The position numbers and the translations under genes were made by a program. The notes below the pieces were generated by a model. It ran no database searches. It saw only the letters and a program-made list of their open reading frames with translations, and was not told where the DNA came from. From positions 1 through 56,984 of the forward strand of contig CANHBC010000002.1 in NCBI GenBank assembly GCA_947458835.1: a stretch of 56,984 bases of DNA, in the 5' to 3' direction. Below, one piece after another: positions 54,248 through 56,984 of this stretch. Every line of letters begins with the position of its first letter. The first letter of the stretch is position 1. This stretch comes from Betaproteobacteria bacterium (GTDB taxonomy: Bacteria; Pseudomonadota; Gammaproteobacteria; Burkholderiales; CAIKXV01).

Positions 54248-55762
54248 ATGAGCATGATGACCGACGAAGACCTGGCACGACTGGCACCGGCTGAATCCTC
54301 GCTGTTCGCCTCGCCGATACCCGTTCAGTCCGTGTCCTCCGACGAGTTCATGCCGGCACCCCAGACCGAGCGCCAGCGCGAGTTCGAAGCCCGCGTGAAG
54401 GCGATTGGCTCGGAGCTCGCCGAGCACCAGGGCCTGAGCCGGCGCGCGTTCTTCAAGACCTCTGCCGGCATGGCCGCCGCATTCGTCGCGATGAACGACA
54501 CCTTCGGGCCGCTGTACATGGTGAGCCGCGCCGAAGCGGCCACGCCCGAGATGGCCAACGCGCGCGCCGCCGCGCTGAAGGGCCAGTTCATCATGGACAT
54601 GCATACGCACTTCCTGCGCGATGACACCCGGCTTGAAGGCTTCGTGCGCTCGCGCGAAGCGGTCGGCAAGGCTGGCTGGAACCCGGCGCTCGTGGGCAAG
54701 CCACAGACCCTCGAAGACCTGAAGTTCGCGAACTACTTCAAGGAGATCTACCTCGACAGCGACACCAAGGTCGCCCTGATCTCCGGCTCGGGTTCCGAGG
54801 ATCCGCGCGACTGGTTCCTCACCAACGAGATGAAGGCCGACGCGCGCACCAATGTGAACAAGCAGAGCGGCACGAAGCGCATGTTCTCGCACGCGATCTT
54901 CATGCCGGGCATGCCGGGCTGGCTCGAGAAGGTCGACCGCGACCTGGAGATGCTCAAGCCCGATTCGTTCAAGGGCTACACCGTCGGCGACAACACGAAC
55001 AAGCACCTCGCCCGCCATCCGTGGCACCTCGACGACGAGAAGCTGATGTATCCGTTCTACGAGAAGCTGGTGAAGGCAAGCAAGTCGAACCCGAGCCTGG
55101 CCAATGTCTGCGTGCACAAGGGTCTGTTCCCGCCGTCGACGACCAGGCAGTTCCCCGACCTGGTCAAGTACGCGGACGTGCGCGACGTCGGCAAGGCCGC
55201 GAAAGACTGGCCGCAGCTGAACTTCGTGATCTACCACTCGGGTTTCCGTTTCACCGGTGGCGCCCAGAACACCGGCTGGGAACAGTTCGAGAAGACCGGC
55301 CGTATCGACTGGGTGACCGACCTCGCCGAGATCCCGGCGAAGTACGGTGTGAACAACGTCTACGGCGACCTCGGCCAGATCTTCGCCCAGAGCACGGTGG
55401 CCGAGCCGCGGCTGTGTGCCGCGATGCTGGGGCAACTGGTCAACGGGCTGGGGGCCGACCGTATCGTCTGGGGAACCGACGCAGTATGGACCGGCGCTCC
55501 GCAATGGCAGATCGAGGCGCTGCGCCGACTGGAGATCCCGGAAGAGATGCAGAAGCGGTACGGTTTCAAGCCGCTGGGTGCGCCCGACGGCCCGGTCAAG
55601 AACGCGATCTTCGCGGAGAACTCGGCGCGTCTGTACCGGTTCACGCAAGGCATGCGGGCCGGCCTGGAAAACGATATCGTCGCGCGCGCCAAGCGCATCT
55701 ACGACGAGCAGGGCGACGGACGGACCAACCTCGCATATGGCTATGTGAACCCGGGTGCCTGA
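54248..55762 (+). CDS. amidohydrolase-fold metal-dependent hydrolase with a twin-arginine motif
   Basis: SRRAFFKTSAGMAAAFVA (aa 64-81) and metal motif FIMDMHTHF. TIM-barrel amidohydrolase_2-like body. The start is uncertain (54248, or the internal ATG at 54350). Confidence 0.65.
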   Translation: MSMMTDEDLARLAPAESSLFASPIPVQSVSSDEFMPAPQTERQREFEARVKAIGSELAEHQGLSRRAFFKTSAGMAAAFVAMNDTFGPLYMVSRAEAATPEMANARAAALKGQFIMDMHTHFLRDDTRLEGFVRSREAVGKAGWNPALVGKPQTLEDLKFANYFKEIYLDSDTKVALISGSGSEDPRDWFLTNEMKADARTNVNKQSGTKRMFSHAIFMPGMPGWLEKVDRDLEMLKPDSFKGYTVGDNTNKHLARHPWHLDDEKLMYPFYEKLVKASKSNPSLANVCVHKGLFPPSTTRQFPDLVKYADVRDVGKAAKDWPQLNFVIYHSGFRFTGGAQNTGWEQFEKTGRIDWVTDLAEIPAKYGVNNVYGDLGQIFAQSTVAEPRLCAAMLGQLVNGLGADRIVWGTDAVWTGAPQWQIEALRRLEIPEEMQKRYGFKPLGAPDGPVKNAIFAENSARLYRFTQGMRAGLENDIVARAKRIYDEQGDGRTNLAYGYVNPGA

Positions 55763-55830
55763 CCGCCGCACGTGGAGCCGGCCGTAGCCGGCTCCACTGA
55801 AATGCTTCCCGCGCCAGCCGGCTGGCCCCC

Positions 55831-56760
55831 TCAGTAGCCGCGCGCCTTCTCTACCGCATTGAGCGGAGCGTCACCGCGCGCGATGCGGTGCAGGTTGTCG
55901 ACGATCTGCGCGGCTGCCGTGCGCGGGATCGCGATCGACGCGAGATGAGGGGTAATCAGCACCTGCGGCAGGTCCCACAGCGGATGCGCTGGCGGCAGCG
56001 GCTCTTCATGGAACACGTCGAGCGTCGCCTCGGCCAGGTGCCCCGAGCGCAACGCCTCCACCAGCGCCTGCTCATCGACCGTACGGCCGCGTCCGGCGTT
56101 GACGAACTTCGCGCCACGCGGCAGCTGCGCGAATCGCGCGGCCGTCATCAGATTCTCGGTGGCGGGCGTCAGCGGAAGCAGCATCACGCAGATCTCGGTT
56201 TGCGCAAGGAAGGCCGGCAGGGCGTCGATGCCGGAGAACGTCTCGACGCCGGGCAGCACCTTCGGCGAGCGCGACCAGCCGAGCACGCGGAACCCCTGCC
56301 GGACGAACTCGGCGGCAGCGACAGCGCCGAGCTGTCCCAGCCCCATCATGCCGACGGTGCACTCGCGCGTCTCGCGCGGATGCACGTAGGCCCAACGGCG
56401 CTCAGCACGCGCGCGCTCGAAGGTGCCGAACTCGCGGAAGTGGCGCAGCACACAGGTCAGCAGGAACTGCCCCATCATGCGGCCCATCTCGGGGTCGGAG
56501 ATGCGGGTGATCGGGACACCCGGCGGCAGCGTCGCATCACCAATGATGTTGTCGACGCCGGCGCCGAGCGTGATGATCAGCCTGAGATTCGGGAACTGCC
56601 GGTAGAAACCGGGGGGCGCCTTCCACGCAAGCACCGCCTCGACCGCTTCGAACGGCCCGCAATCGGGCCAGACACGGAACGCCAGCGAGGGATCGGCGCC
56701 GCGCAGCGCCTCGCGCCAGTCATCGGCGTTGTCGACCTGACTGTAGAAGACCAGCGTCAT
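55831..56760 (-). CDS. D-isomer-specific 2-hydroxyacid dehydrogenase (glyoxylate/hydroxypyruvate reductase A-like)
   Basis: NAD fold TVGMMGLGQLG. ...NAGRGRTVDEQALVEAL... and ...TPHLASI... ATG at 56760 (MTLVFYSQ...) is preferred over the Arg-rich extended track start. Confidence 0.85.
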   Translation of the reverse strand: MTLVFYSQVDNADDWREALRGADPSLAFRVWPDCGPFEAVEAVLAWKAPPGFYRQFPNLRLIITLGAGVDNIIGDATLPPGVPITRISDPEMGRMMGQFLLTCVLRHFREFGTFERARAERRWAYVHPRETRECTVGMMGLGQLGAVAAAEFVRQGFRVLGWSRSPKVLPGVETFSGIDALPAFLAQTEICVMLLPLTPATENLMTAARFAQLPRGAKFVNAGRGRTVDEQALVEALRSGHLAEATLDVFHEEPLPPAHPLWDLPQVLITPHLASIAIPRTAAAQIVDNLHRIARGDAPLNAVEKARGY

Positions 56761-56984
56761 CGCCAGGCCTTCGGCCGTTCGAGCCGCCGGCGATCGGCAG
56801 GATGGCGCCCCAGCTGCGCGCCGAGGCCTGGGTTGGACGGACGGATCATGGCCTGTGAGCTTAGCGGTTCGCCCTCGCACGGACAACAAGACCGACGCAA
56901 GGCCGACCGGCGGAGGTCCCGATTGGCGCAGGACGACCGGCGCGCCGCTAGTTGAACGCCTGCAGCCCCGTCATCGCCCGGCCC

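Noticed and set aside
56948-56984. Possible 3' end of a minus-strand gene at the right edge (…AMTGLQAFN, stop at 56948-56950).
   Set aside because: Only 12 codons are visible, too little to call a product or to be sure it is coding.

Overview
High-GC window (about 65-70% by eye) from a proteobacterial chromosome. Six Bug/TctC-family periplasmic binding-protein paralogs suggest a Burkholderiales-type betaproteobacterium. All family calls below are by-eye motif recognition, not database searches.

**Left end (0.3-8.2 kb).** A minus-strand exopolysaccharide export operon of the PEP-CTERM/XrtA-locus type. It encodes a Wza-like exporter, an outer-membrane beta-barrel, a Wzz-like chain-length determinant, a BY-kinase-like ATPase, an ExeA-like AAA ATPase and an SGNH esterase. 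A convergent glycosyltransferase-like gene lies next to it.

**Centre (15.2-31.1 kb), the main finding.** A 15-gene minus-strand block, tightly spaced and mostly translationally coupled. It starts with intact VirB8-, VirB9- and VirB10-like genes, the type IV secretion core. It then runs directly into a complete type IV pilus/T2SS-like machine:
- a PilL/TcpQ-like protein that carries a VirB9-C-like domain;
- a PilN-type secretin lipoprotein;
- a GspL/GspM-like pair;
- a PilB/GspE ATPase with an MshEN-like motif;
- a GspF platform protein;
- a major pilin and two paralogous large pilin-like proteins;
- a PilT ATPase and a PilP-like protein.

It ends with a VirB1-like lytic transglycosylase. No VirB4, VirB11, VirD4, VirB6, relaxase or prepilin peptidase is present, and both flanks of the block are visible in the window. 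A decayed toxin-antitoxin module marks its 3' border.

**Right half.**
- A Bug/acyl-CoA dehydrogenase cluster.
- A PdtaS/PdtaR-like HisKA_2-ANTAR two-component system.
- A TPP enzyme, a TauE/SafE permease, fbp, kup and an AraC regulator.
- Two secreted phosphoesterases.
- A translationally coupled operon (permease, GS-like ligase, Fe-ADH, C26 hydrolase, ALDH) that looks like a gamma-glutamylation route for an amino alcohol such as ethanolamine.
- An amidohydrolase and a 2-hydroxyacid dehydrogenase.

No rRNA, tRNA, CRISPR array or intact IS/integrase was recognised. Many long ORFs in the track are antisense shadows of real genes.
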